Shown here in pieces: positions 1-10,639 of a stretch of 64,000 bases of DNA. A program made the translations under genes and the position numbers. The DNA is from Strigamia acuminata (Eukaryota): the NCBI GenBank assembly GCA_949358305.1, contig OX442314.1, forward strand, positions 1,922,001 through 1,986,000, in the 5' to 3' direction. A model generated the notes under the pieces. That model did no database searches. It saw nothing but the letters and a program-made list of their open reading frames with translations, and had not been told where the DNA came from. Within the stretch, counting starts at the first letter, position 1; each line of letters opens with the position of its first letter.

Positions 1-760
1 AGTCTTTCCTTGAGTGGTCGCCAATTTGATTCAATGGTCGGTGTGTTTGTCCAAGTGTCTGGATCCACAAAATTGCGTAAATGGTTAACGGTCAGGTGTG
101 AAAAGCCCTCCTCATCCAGATTGTTGTAACCTTTCCAACAATCTGTCATAATCGTTGTGGTTCAACATGCTTGTCAATCAAGGCAAGGAAGGTTTGTGCA
201 TGTCTCTTGTTGTTTCTACTCAAAATTTCTACTCGAAATTTCCCATTGGCTCCTGTCTCTATCATTCCCAGGATCCAACTGCCCTCTACAACCCTCCCTC
301 TTTCATATTTTCGACAACCTATTTTGGACTCATCGATTTCAACCACATGTCCAGGTCACCCAATTCTTCTCTCAGACTCAAACTTTGAGTCAAGGGCAAC
401 CATGCACATTTCGCGACAGTATGAATACCAGTCTGCCACTGTAGCAGATTACAACACACTGTCGCGAATCGAGCACTCCCTGATTGTCATTTCATATGAC
501 ATTTTCGTGGCAAATGTTTATGTCAGCAGGATGCAAACATCAGGTGTTTTTTGTTAATGACAACTGGAGTGGATTTCCCATTCGTTCCTGATGCAATCTT
601 CTACACCTAAAAGCCCCCAACCCATGCTTGTTTGGATCTAATGTCATTGATCAACGACTCTTTGGACAATTTCTAATCCTGGGGATCAAATTTCGCTCCC
701 AGAGCCACTCAAGACAAGTCTCCCTACTTCAAAATGCGTGGAAATGCGCAAATAAGTTTA
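1..760 (-). mobile_element. Degenerate Merlin/IS1595-like DDE transposase remnant, truncated by the window start
   Basis: Minus-strand frames read TVADWYSYCREMC..., GHVVEIDESKIGCRKYERGRVVEGSWILGMIE, IMTDCWKGYNNL...HLTVNHLRNFVDP...TIESNWRPLK. These are the VEIDES / TD / IES DDE motifs of Merlin/ISXO2 transposases, broken by stops and frameshifts. The right boundary is approximate. Confidence 0.85.
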
Positions 761-1078
761 GTCGTGGTTGTGCTTCCGCCATTGCTCTGGTTTGCATTGT
801 TTAAATTTGAACGGGCTGAAAGCAATCGCGTCCACTTCAAACGAAAAGAATAACCAAGTATCGGCAACGATGGGAATAGTCAACTTCATTTTGGAGTTCT
901 TTCCGGACAACTGCGTGTCGTACGCCTCATGTTGCGTCTGTAGTGTTTGTTTGATTATCATTAGTTCTAATATTGTCACTAATCGACGCTAGTCGTCTGT
1001 AGAGTTGTAATTGATTTGATTGATGTTAAATGAGAGTACTTGTAATGGCGTACGAATGAAATAAACCACGCAGTTAAC

Positions 1079-1209
1079 CAGGGGGTCGTCTAGGGGTCGT
1101 CCAGGGGTCGTCCAGGGGTCATTCAGGGGTCGTTCAGGGTTCGTTCAGGGGTCGTCCAGGGGTCGTCCAGGGGTCGTCCAGGAGTCGTCCAGGAGTCGTC
1201 CAGGGGTCC
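1079..1209. repeat. Tandem array of the 10-bp unit CAGGGGTCGT(C), about 12 copies; possibly subterminal repeats of the Merlin element
   Basis: The caggggtcgtc units are directly visible, with few substitutions. Confidence 0.85.
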
Positions 1210-1782
1210 ATGTTCAAGGGATTTGTTCAAAGGATTTGTTTACTTTGTGGCTCTGGATTTCACAGAGTTCGAGCAGTTGGGTTTATATTTCCATTGGAAA
1301 CATAGCGGCGCATCTCGTATTTGTTGGTCGAATGGTTGCGACCGATCGATCTCCGTCTAGCGGTCTATCTGCCGACGAAATTCAACTTTGTATCAATAAA
1401 CAAAGACAATTCAAACACAACGGCGCAGTTCAGCGCGCGCAATTCCAAATTCATCTCTTTGAGCCATGCAAGTATCGGCTTTTATGTTCCTGAGTAATTA
1501 ATTAAACTTCGGATTAATTTCTGTTATGAATATCACACCGATTTCTTAATTTAATCGTGAAAATCGATGAAAACAGTTGAATTTTTTAAATCCCGCCAGA
1601 AAATCCCGCCAGAGCAACGACGATGAAGAACGACGGCGACGACATTGCGGATCGAACGTAGTTCGCCGTTGCGCCCGCGCCAGATACCGAAATTGACATT
1701 ACGAAGTATTTGATCCTAACTATCAAACAAAACCATTAAAAGGGATTTAATTTATATATAGGAAGTAGCTTTGATTTTTCAT

Positions 1783-3236
1783 AAAACGAAGACAGAGTCA
1801 TGAGTAGATCGTACACACACCACGTCAATTGCTACTTCAAAAACCAGTTTCGATGCGTTCTATGTGTTCAAAGTGAGGAGAAACACCGTTTCCACTGGAC
1901 GGACGCCAATCACGAAGGAGCTGAATTCGATCTGGAACGTTTCCCCAACAGACGGTGAATTCCGTATTTTGATTGGAATTACAATTTTTCATTGCAATTT
2001 CACTTTTTTCCATTGAAAATTCACTTTTTTCCAATGAAATTTCAATTTTTCTATTAAAATTTAAATTTTTTTATTGAAATTTTACTTTTTTTGTTGAAAT
2101 TTTCCTTTTTTCCATAGAAATTTCAATTTTTCATTGAAATTTCAATTTTTCATTAAAATTTCAATTTTTTCCAATGAAATTTCAATTTTTTCATCGAAAT
2201 TTCACTTTTTTCATTGAAATTTTAAATTTTTTATTGAAATTTTTTTTTTTTCCATTGAAAATTCATTTTTTCCATTGAAAATTTACTTTTTTCCATTGAA
2301 AATTTACTTTTTTCCATTAACTTTCAATTTTCCCATTGAACTTTCAATTATTCCATTGAACTTTCAATTTTTCCATTTAACTTTCAATTTTTCCATTGAG
2401 CTTTCAATTTTTCCATTGAACTTTCACTCTTTTAAAAATTTTCTATCTAAATAACCATCATCATCGAACGAATGTTCCATTAACCGTTTCCTGTGTGGTT
2501 ACAAAAGCCCTCGAATGGTATTTGAGGGCGGCTCTTATTTCAAACCGCTTCTCTGATGAATGCAGAACCGCTAGTCAAGAAAAGGAAAGGGACCGTGAGG
2601 AAAAAGAAGTTGATGACGCATGCCGCAAACAACCAACGAACTCTTCTACAAAGAAAAGTGGTACATCGAAATGGAAGACAGAATCAAACGTAATTTAAAA
2701 TTATAAATCATGTCATGTGATTACGTGTGATTCTATTCTAGAAGCGCAGCGCCAGAGGATAATCGGCGAAAGACAACGACGAACTAGTGGAGTCCCGAGC
2801 GGAGTGCAAGCAGCAAGTGCACTGCAGCATGTCTTGTAGAAGCAACTCATCCTCTAATTAAAGGATGAGTTGCTTCTACAAGACATGCTGCAGTGCTCGC
2901 AGTCTTGCATCGCCTCCTTGGCGCTCTCGGAACTGCACCTCCAGCCGATGCAGTTCCTTATTTGTCGTTCGAGAATCGAGAACACCTGGCAATAATTGAA
3001 ATATGATTGATTAACTTTTGTGATTCATCAATTATTTATTATTTGCGTTTGATTAATTCATCTGTTGGAGAAACGCTCCAGATCGCATTCAACTCCTTCA
3101 TGATCGGCGTGAGGTGAAAACGATGTTTTTCCATTACTTTCAACAAATCGGCATTGTATGCATATCGAGACTGGTTTTGCACGAAGCAATGGACGTGGTG
3201 TCTGTACAATCTACTTGTGTCTCTGTCTTCGTTTTC
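1783..3236. pseudogene. Tail-to-tail inverted pair of decayed gene fragments of unknown family, meeting at a perfect 35-bp-arm palindrome (2819-2896)
   Basis: 1783-1952 (+) and about 3060-3236 (-) align: aaaacgaagacagag...caccacgtc.attgct...aaaaccagt...acgcc.atca.gaaggag.tgaat.cgatctgga.cgtttc.ccaacaga. Splice-like boundaries and in-frame stops are present. Confidence 0.55.
1985..2430. repeat. Degenerate AT-rich tandem repeat (about 20-22 bp unit, ttttccattgaaatttcaa)
   Basis: Visible periodic T/A tracts; related to the array in the dynein intron at 25870-26410. Confidence 0.8.
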
Positions 3237-3875
3237 AACAGTGTTTCTAGTCTTCTACCATACACGTGGATGCGAATGCGGATACGTGACGTGTATCACG
3301 TAAATATGACGTGACACAATGAAAATAGGAAAAAACAAATTGTAATTCATGTAATATTTAATTTAAAAAAATTAAATTCAACAGAAAATACATTTATTCG
3401 CTCAATTTTGAAAAAAATGTTCGAAAATCAAATTATTTCCATGCAATTAAAACAAATTTACACTTTTTTCAAACATTTCTCAAAGTAAAATTGTGTCTAA
3501 CAAAAAATCTCACTCCAGATGTAAAATGTAAAATAAACAGAAGAAATTGAGAATAAAAAAATAAAATTGCTGGAAAAAATTTAGTTTATCATGGAAGCGC
3601 CATTTTGTATAAAATTAAATCCCAAAATCGCAAGGATTCTGATTCTGAATAAATTTCTGTGGTATAATTTTGAATTTTAATTGTTTATTGCAAAATTTGG
3701 CACAGTGTGCAATTTTTAACTTAATCTAAATAAAATTGTAAAATTAATAATTTAAATAGAATCCATTTTGGATGATGAGGTGCATATCATAAAGACATAC
3801 AAGGGGGTGGCTGTTCTGGCAAAAATATTAGTGTTTTTTGCCAAGAAATGAGTGTGTTTGGTTGGGCATAACTTG

Positions 3876-4056
3876 TGTCATGTATTGTGCCGATGACGTT
3901 ATTGTTATGCGCCCCCTGGCGAATGAAAATAATATGTTATGTAACTGAGTGCAATTGCACTCACTCATGTTTACGACTCAGCTGAGTAAGGTTAATAAAA
4001 CGTGAGTTCATTTGTGCACCATCGATGTTGGTTTCATTCAATACGAATACAGTTCA
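3876..4056 (+). repeat. 5' LTR of the Gypsy element
   Basis: Direct repeat of 8263-8443; contains AATAAA and the 18-bp palindrome TGAGTGCAATTGCACTCA. Confidence 0.97.
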
Positions 4057-4057
4057 C

Positions 4058-4075
4058 TGGCGACGAGATGGGATT
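4058..4075 (+). promoter_or_regulatory. Primer binding site complementary to the tRNA-Ser(GCT) 3' end
   Basis: TGGCGACGAG-ATGGGATT lies 1 nt after the LTR. It matches the remembered complement of eukaryotic tRNA-Ser(GCT) (TGGCGACGAGGATGGGATT) with one G missing. Confidence 0.75.
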
Positions 4076-4199
4076 AATTGTGATGTGTTTGTGCGTGTGA
4101 GGACGATTTGTGAGCGAGTTTAACCGGGGCGAAGTTTTTGAGTGAATAATACATCGCGACCTTCTCAAGGACGTGTGCGGTGATTCATACGAGTGCGCC

Positions 4200-7100
4200 A
4201 TGTCGGTTATCGGCAAAATTGGTGAGTTTGACGAAGCAAAAGAGGAATTTTATCTGTATATTGAGCGTGTAAAACATTTTTTCACTGCGAACGCGATTAA
4301 AAGCGACGTGCAAACTTCCACGTTGATGGCGGTAATGGGCCCCGCCACGTACAAACTTTTAAGAAACTTAATGCAGCCAACGGAACCCAAGGACTGGACA
4401 ATGGATGACATTATAAAAAAATTATCTGATCACTACAGGCCTGCCCCAATAATTATTGCTGAACGTTTCAGATTTTTGAAGAGAGACCAGCGCGTCGGTG
4501 AATCGGTGGCGGCGTACATTGTGGAGTTGAGGCGTTTGGCTTCGACGTGCAACTACGGTACCTTTTTGGACGAGGCCATTCGCGATAAATTTGTGTGTGG
4601 TTTGGCGTCAGAGGCGACACAAAAACGATTACTGGCGAAAAAGGATTTGAAATTGGCGGACGCTTTGGACACAGCGGCTGCCATGGAGATGGTCGACCAC
4701 GACACAACAGAGTTGAAGGTGCCAGTGGCGACCGTGAGTAAGGTGGAAGGAGGGCGCCCTTTTAGGCAAAAATTCGAAAGAAACAAGGAAAAAAGAACAT
4801 GTTTTCGTTGTGGTTTTAATCATTCAGCGGATAAATGCAAATATATCGGCGCAACTTGTCATTCTTGTGGAAAGATGGGCCATATTTCTCCGGTTTGCAG
4901 GTCGAGACCGAGCAAGGACGTCAGCATGGACAAGCAGACGTTTCGTGGCGAACCAAAGTTCACAAAGAAGGTGGCTGCGCAGGAACCGGAGGAGGATGAC
5001 AAATATGCGGTTTTCGAGATGTATCCGGTTCATTCGATTGGAAAGTTGGGTAATTGTAAAAAATACGTTGTTCCTGTGTGCATTGCGGACGCGCCCATCG
5101 AGATGGAGCTGGATACGGCGGCGGACGTGACGGTTGTCGGCGGAAAGTGGTTCAGAGAGAATTTTCCTAATGTTGTTTTGGATCCGTGCCGTATAACTTT
5201 GCTCTCATACAGCGGTGACACGGTGGAAATTGATGGCCAAACTGAGGTGGTGGTTACACACGAAGGAGGGAAGTATACCTTGCCTTTGGTCGTGGTGAAA
5301 GGTGACCGCCCGGGCCTTTTTGGCCGAAATTGGATTAAGGAGGTAAAATTGGATTGGAAAAATATTTTTACAGTGATGAACGTGGAAGTCCCGGATAAAG
5401 AAACCACAACTATAGAGGATTTATTAAGGAAGTACGCATCTCTGTTTGAACCAAATAAGGAGCCGATTAGGAATTTTAAGGCGACCATCAAATTGAAGAA
5501 AGATGCAAAACCGGTTTTTTGTAAACATCGCCCGGTCCCCTATGCTTTGAAGGCAGCTGTGGAGGCCCAGATTCAGCGGCATTTGGACGCGGGAATTTGG
5601 GAACGTGTGGAGCATTCGAAGTGGGCGACACCATTGGTTAATGTCGTGAAACCGAACGGATCAGTGCGATGTTGCGGCGACTTCAAGATAACGGTAAACC
5701 CACAATTAGACATTGATCAATATCCTTTACCTACCCAACAGGACATATTTGCGACGTTGTGCGGTGGCGAGGAATTTTCGACCGTAGACTGTTCGGATGC
5801 GTATGAACAGATCGAATTGAGCAAGCAGGCCCAGGAAATTCTAACTTTGAACACGCACATGGGTTTGATGCGCCCTAAGCGTTTGGTATACGGGTTTGCG
5901 GGAGCGTCCGGCATTTTTCAGCGGGCGATCGATTTGATCATTCAGGGAGTGAAGCGCGTGGTGGCGTTTCAGGACGACACGATGACCACCGCGCCATCGA
6001 GACCCGAACATTTGATGGGTTTGGAAAATCTTTTCGAGCGTTTTAAGAGAAATAACGTGTGCCTCAATCGAAAGAAATGTAAATTTTTGCAGAAGAGGAT
6101 CAAATACCTGGGGCACATTATAGACAAAGAAGGCATTCATCCCACGACAGAAAAAATTGATGCAATTAGCAAGGTGCCATCACCTAAGAACGTGTCGGAG
6201 TTGCGTTCTTTTCTCGGATTGTTGAACTACTATTGTAAGTTTTTGAGGGGGTTATCAACTAAATTGGCCCCTTTGTACAGTTTGTTGCAAGATAAGGTCG
6301 AATGGGATTGGTCGGAGACGTGCGAGCAGACTTTCCAGCAATGCAAGAACGCACTGACGTCCGAGGCGGTGCTGGTGCATTACGACGTGGGTAAGCCGCT
6401 TCGTTTAACGTGCGACGCGTCGCCTGTGGGCGTTGGTGCTATTCTGTCGCACATCATGCCGAATGGCGAAGAGCGCCCCGTAGGATATTCATCCCAGACT
6501 CTAACTCAGGCTCAACGGGGTTATCCACAAGGGGAAAGGGAAGCTTTGGCAATTGTGTGCGCGGTCCAGAAATTTTATCAGTATTTGGTGGGTAGGGAGT
6601 TCACCTTGGTTACGGATCATTTGCCGTTGGTCGCAATTTTCGGCGATAAACGGGGTATCCCGACTTTGGCGGCCGAGCGCATTCGTCGGTGGGCATTATT
6701 GTTGTCGACTTTTCGATACAAAATCGAGTACAAGAAGGGAAGCGAGAACATAAACGCAGACGTTTTATCCCGCATGCCTGTGACGGATGGTGTTGTCGGC
6801 ATCGAATCGCACGTATTTAAGTTGTCGTTCATCGACGACATACCCATTGTGGCGAAAAACATCAGCGCCGCAACTAGAACCGATAGGATTTTGGGGTGCG
6901 TGATTCGTTATATCGAGAGCGGATGGCCCGGAAGCGTTAAGGATCCGGAGCTCTTGCCGTTTTCGCGTCGGCGTGACGAATTGTCCATTGACAGCGGATG
7001 CATAATTTGGGGAATGCGTGTAGTTATTCCAGTTAAATATCGACCCCATATGTTGGACCTTTTGCACGACACCCATTCCGGTATGGTAAAGATGAAGTCG

Positions 7101-8210
7101 ATAGCGCGCGCTTTTGTTTGGTGGCCGGGTTTGGATGCGGAAATTGAGGACATCGCAAGGAGATGCCATGCTTGTCAACAGTGTCAGGCCGACCCTCCGG
7201 AGGCGCCATTCAAATCATGGTCATGGCCATCCGGTCCCTACGAGAGAGTGCACATTGATTTCGCGGAGTTGCGAAAGGTGCATTATTTGATCATGTACGA
7301 CAGTTACTCCAAGTGGATTGACGCCATACCGATGACAACAACCACGTCCGAGCGGACCATAGAGGTTCTGCGTTGGAGGTTCGCGGATTTTGGGGTGCCG
7401 GCTGAAATAGTGTCGGACAACGGACCCCAATTTTCTTCTGCCGAATTTGCGACGTTTTTAAGCCTGAATGGAATCAAGCAGACGTTGGTGCCAGCGTACT
7501 ATCCGGCCACCAACGGAGCTGCGGAGAGAGCGGTCCGCACTTTCAAGGATTCGCTTGAGCGAATGCTGACCGACGATAGGGACAGCACGACGACGAGTCA
7601 TAAGATTGCGAGATTTTTATCTCGTTACCGTAACACGCCGCATTCAGTCACTGGTAAGACCCCCGCTGAACTTTTCATTCGCAGGACTGTGCGTACCCGT
7701 TTGTCTTTGGTGAGACCGGACGTTAGGCGCCACGTTCACGAGCAGTTGGACAAGATTCACACCACGCAGACGGGACGCCAGGCGCGAGTTTTTGAGGTTG
7801 GACAGTCGGTGTGGGTAAAGAGGCACCACATTCGTGGCACCGAATGGACACGTGGAACCGTGCAATCGATTCAAAGTTCAAGGACTTATGTAGTGGTTTG
7901 CGGCACAACATCTAGAACGTTTCACGTGGATCACGGGACGCATCATAACACCCCGGCTTACGGGGGGGAGACATTTCAACACGATGACGGTGCGGACGAG
8001 GAAGACGTCGTTGTGCAGAACGCGCAGCCGATGCCGGAGGTACAGGGCACAGAAGCCGAGGTGAACCCCGCACCAGAACCGCACGAGGTTCAGCGGGCGG
8101 TGCCCCATCAGGAGGATAATGCCCCAGACCGGGAGAACAACGCGGAGCCGAGGCGTGCGGACTTGCACCCAAGAGAGACATTACAGAAACCGAAAAGACT
8201 AAATTTGTAA
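4200..8210 (+). CDS. Gag-Pol polyprotein (gag with two CCHC knuckles, protease, RT, RNase H, integrase)
   Basis: CFRCGFNHSADKC and CHSCGKMGHISPVC; ELDTAAD protease; RT FQDD; RNase H CDASPVG...EREALA...TDH; integrase H-x3-H...C-x2-C and VHIDF / SDNGPQF / NGAAER. First in-frame ATG is at 4200. Confidence 0.95.
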   Translation: MSVIGKIGEFDEAKEEFYLYIERVKHFFTANAIKSDVQTSTLMAVMGPATYKLLRNLMQPTEPKDWTMDDIIKKLSDHYRPAPIIIAERFRFLKRDQRVGESVAAYIVELRRLASTCNYGTFLDEAIRDKFVCGLASEATQKRLLAKKDLKLADALDTAAAMEMVDHDTTELKVPVATVSKVEGGRPFRQKFERNKEKRTCFRCGFNHSADKCKYIGATCHSCGKMGHISPVCRSRPSKDVSMDKQTFRGEPKFTKKVAAQEPEEDDKYAVFEMYPVHSIGKLGNCKKYVVPVCIADAPIEMELDTAADVTVVGGKWFRENFPNVVLDPCRITLLSYSGDTVEIDGQTEVVVTHEGGKYTLPLVVVKGDRPGLFGRNWIKEVKLDWKNIFTVMNVEVPDKETTTIEDLLRKYASLFEPNKEPIRNFKATIKLKKDAKPVFCKHRPVPYALKAAVEAQIQRHLDAGIWERVEHSKWATPLVNVVKPNGSVRCCGDFKITVNPQLDIDQYPLPTQQDIFATLCGGEEFSTVDCSDAYEQIELSKQAQEILTLNTHMGLMRPKRLVYGFAGASGIFQRAIDLIIQGVKRVVAFQDDTMTTAPSRPEHLMGLENLFERFKRNNVCLNRKKCKFLQKRIKYLGHIIDKEGIHPTTEKIDAISKVPSPKNVSELRSFLGLLNYYCKFLRGLSTKLAPLYSLLQDKVEWDWSETCEQTFQQCKNALTSEAVLVHYDVGKPLRLTCDASPVGVGAILSHIMPNGEERPVGYSSQTLTQAQRGYPQGEREALAIVCAVQKFYQYLVGREFTLVTDHLPLVAIFGDKRGIPTLAAERIRRWALLLSTFRYKIEYKKGSENINADVLSRMPVTDGVVGIESHVFKLSFIDDIPIVAKNISAATRTDRILGCVIRYIESGWPGSVKDPELLPFSRRRDELSIDSGCIIWGMRVVIPVKYRPHMLDLLHDTHSGMVKMKSIARAFVWWPGLDAEIEDIARRCHACQQCQADPPEAPFKSWSWPSGPYERVHIDFAELRKVHYLIMYDSYSKWIDAIPMTTTTSERTIEVLRWRFADFGVPAEIVSDNGPQFSSAEFATFLSLNGIKQTLVPAYYPATNGAAERAVRTFKDSLERMLTDDRDSTTTSHKIARFLSRYRNTPHSVTGKTPAELFIRRTVRTRLSLVRPDVRRHVHEQLDKIHTTQTGRQARVFEVGQSVWVKRHHIRGTEWTRGTVQSIQSSRTYVVVCGTTSRTFHVDHGTHHNTPAYGGETFQHDDGADEEDVVVQNAQPMPEVQGTEAEVNPAPEPHEVQRAVPHQEDNAPDRENNAEPRRADLHPRETLQKPKRLNL

Positions 8211-8262
8211 ACCTATTGTGATATTTTTATTCTTTTAATTGGCTTTTTAAAAGGGGGGATAT

Positions 8263-8443
8263 TGTCATGTATTGTGCCGATGACGTTATTGTTATGCGCC
8301 CCCTGGCGAATGAAAATAATATGTTATGTAACTGAGTGCAATTGCACTCACTCATGTTTACGACTCAGCTGAGTAAGGTTAATAAAACGTGAGTTCATTT
8401 GTGCACCATCGATGTTGGTTTCATTCAATACGAATACAGTTCA
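8263..8443 (+). repeat. 3' LTR of the Gypsy element
   Basis: Follows the PPT, is identical to the 5' LTR, and is followed by the ACTTG TSD. Confidence 0.97.
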
Positions 8444-8715
8444 ACTTGAATGTTTTTAATAAATGAAAATATTTTTTTGGCTTAGATAAAAACTGAATTT
8501 TGTGTTCAAAAAACTGAATTTTTGGTCCAAAAACTGAATTTTTGGTCCAAAAACTGAATTTTTGGTCCAAAAACTGAACTTTGCATAACTTTGCAAAATA
8601 TTAAATCGCAAGGATTATGAAAAAACGGCTGAAGAACAAAATTTAAAACTACAAAAACGCCGGCAACACTGCGCACCGATTAAATTTTAATTCTTTATTG
8701 GTTTATATTAATTAA

Positions 8716-9558
8716 TTAAAAGATGTTTAAGAAATCTGCTTTGATGAAACTAAACACGATACACACAAGAATAACGAAAACAAATCTAGTCGGGCTACCG
8801 AGAATTTCCCGGTGGCCTGTGGCCCGTCCTTGACCCTGTGGCCAGAACCATCCAGATTTCTCGGTACTTAATTTGTCCCCAGTCCAGCTCTGGTTGGCTA
8901 TAAATCCGTGGAGTTGGCTGAGGGCTTCGGTCCATCCCTCCTTTGTGAACGTGGGCCAAATGTGGTGTGCTTCGATCGGACTGAGCACGACAGACATGCG
9001 CTCGTTGTCGTTGCTACAACGCAGCCCCGTCAAGATGAGACTGAGACGCCAGAAAGCGGCGTTATGTGAAATGGTCTTCAACCAATCGTCGTAAAGGTTG
9101 AGAACGACCATTTTCGCTTCGCTGGCTCCGTTGATCAAATCATCAAACTGACTTACTTCAAACAACGCTTGGAAATATAATTGCACTTCGTACGCCTTCA
9201 CCTCGATGACGATGTCGGGCAAATCGCGCAAATGCTTTCGCAACGGCTCGAACGCTCCTTTGCGGGAAACGACAATCCGTTCGGGTCGTTCCTTCGCCGG
9301 CAAAGAACGGATGAGTGCGGACACTTGTTTCGCCGTTTCCCATTTCGCTAGTTCGGGTGAACGTTGTTTATAAGCCGCCCAGTCGGACGCGTGAACAATT
9401 TTCAAGAATAATTGTCCGGTGATCGAGTTGAAAATGTAAATGGCGCCGTTGATCGGGATAGTCGTTAAATTTCCTTCTGCAGTTCGGTGCGTTTTGACCC
9501 TATAAGCACAAGTGTCGTCGACAAACCAACTAATTTCGTGTGTCAATGAGAAATCCAT
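8716..9558 (-). CDS. Stand-alone Prp8 RNase H-like (domain IV) protein with C-terminal hydrophobic tail, copy 1 (280 aa, intronless)
   Basis: WFVDDT...EGNLTT.PINGAI.IFN..TGQLFLKI.H.S.WA...LAKW.TA..V.ALIRSLP...NLYDDWLKTIS...HHIWPT is colinear with the Prp8 RNase H-like domain. It has its own ATG and stop, TATTTAAAAG upstream (9614-9623 on -) and AATAAA just after the stop. Confidence 0.9.
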   Translation of the reverse strand: MDFSLTHEISWFVDDTCAYRVKTHRTAEGNLTTIPINGAIYIFNSITGQLFLKIVHASDWAAYKQRSPELAKWETAKQVSALIRSLPAKERPERIVVSRKGAFEPLRKHLRDLPDIVIEVKAYEVQLYFQALFEVSQFDDLINGASEAKMVVLNLYDDWLKTISHNAAFWRLSLILTGLRCSNDNERMSVVLSPIEAHHIWPTFTKEGWTEALSQLHGFIANQSWTGDKLSTEKSGWFWPQGQGRATGHREILGSPTRFVFVILVCIVFSFIKADFLNIF

Positions 9559-10472
9559 AGTTGGGTGTCAGTCGAAGCGTCGGGCTCTTAATAACCACAG
9601 ATTGCTCTTGTGTCTTTTAAATAGTCATAAATGACACGCAGAGGACTCGTATATCAAAACGTTGCACACACGTCCATTCATTCGATTATCTCGCAAAACA
9701 GTCGGCAGATTAAACGTTTGAATTGAACGGAAAAATCACCGGAAATAAGAATTTTAGAAATATTGTGTACTGGAATTTGTAGTACACCTCGCAGTACCTG
9801 AGATTACGCGAGATCTTAAAGCTGCTGTTTTTGGACGAGATGAGACGTCAAATCAAATACAGTTCGCGCATGTTATCTTGATGCTAAATTCCTATTGCGC
9901 ATCCCATTCTGCGTAGACGATTTTCTAATTCCAGTTGTTATTTAGCAGCATTAAACCTAATAATTACGCCTAAAAAATAAACAACAATATTTTGGTCGTA
10001 CAGGTGTAAATTACTTTTAATAATGAGTTTGTAGCTGTTTATTTACTTTATTGATGAAAAATGCAGATATCTCGAGAACGAACGCTCGGATCGTCAAAAA
10101 CTAAACACCAAACAAAAGAGCGGAAAAAGAAGCCAGTGAGTCAGAAATAGTTAAAATAATTTATAATGTTCTATAATTCTATAATTGTATAATTATTTTT
10201 TCTTAAGGTCCAGTTTTACTCCGTCAAATTGAGTAAAGCTTTCAAAAACGCACACGGATCCCAGGCCAGAAGGAACCGTCCATTGAGAAGGATATACGGC
10301 CATATTCCGACAGTAGAATGGGAGGTGTTTCGTCGTGCCACCGTAATAAAGCAACATTCTTTAATATTCTGTTCATTTCTGAAACATTTCTTTTCCACAT
10401 TTGTTCAGTTCTATTTCTGAGACCATCCCAGCACTGAGGCATTACGTAGACAGCTTGAAGAGTAGCTGAAGT

Positions 10473-10588
10473 TTGAAATTCAATTCATTAATGTTGCATC
10501 GGAATACGAGCGGCCGTCGTATCGGATCGACGAAGGCCGTAGATACCTGCAATGCGTCGAATTTCATTTACAGTAGAACGCCGATTAT
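10473..10588 (-). pseudogene. Displaced partial copy (5' hairpin, H box and intronic flank) of the dynein-intron H/ACA snoRNA at 29719-29872
   Basis: Near-identical to about 29788-29902, including the flank aatttcatttacagtagaac.ccgatta; the 3' hairpin and ACA box are missing. Confidence 0.8.
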
Positions 10589-10639
10589 TTATGGCAGGGC
10601 GCGTCGAGGCAGCAAACGTTGCAGAACACGTCTGAGGTT

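Larger units (their letters stand above)
3876..8443 (+). mobile_element. Full-length Ty3/Gypsy LTR retrotransposon (Mag-like, single gag-pol ORF)
   Basis: TG...CA LTRs at 3876-4056 and 8263-8443 are 181 bp and identical by eye. 5-bp TSD ACTTG at 3871-3875 and 8444-8448. PBS at 4058-4075, PPT AAAAGGGGGGA at 8249-8259, and an uninterrupted ORF. Confidence 0.97.

Noticed and set aside
4468..8181. Small ORFs overlapping the Gypsy polyprotein, including possible env or antisense genes
   Set aside because: Short and without motifs; there is no room for a separate env between the pol stop (8210) and the PPT (8249).
8716..9558. Possibility that the Prp8-like ORFs are exons of the true prp8 gene
   Set aside because: No other Prp8 domains occur in the window, each ORF has its own ATG, stop and polyA signal, the tail is non-Prp8, and divergence is too high for an orthologue.
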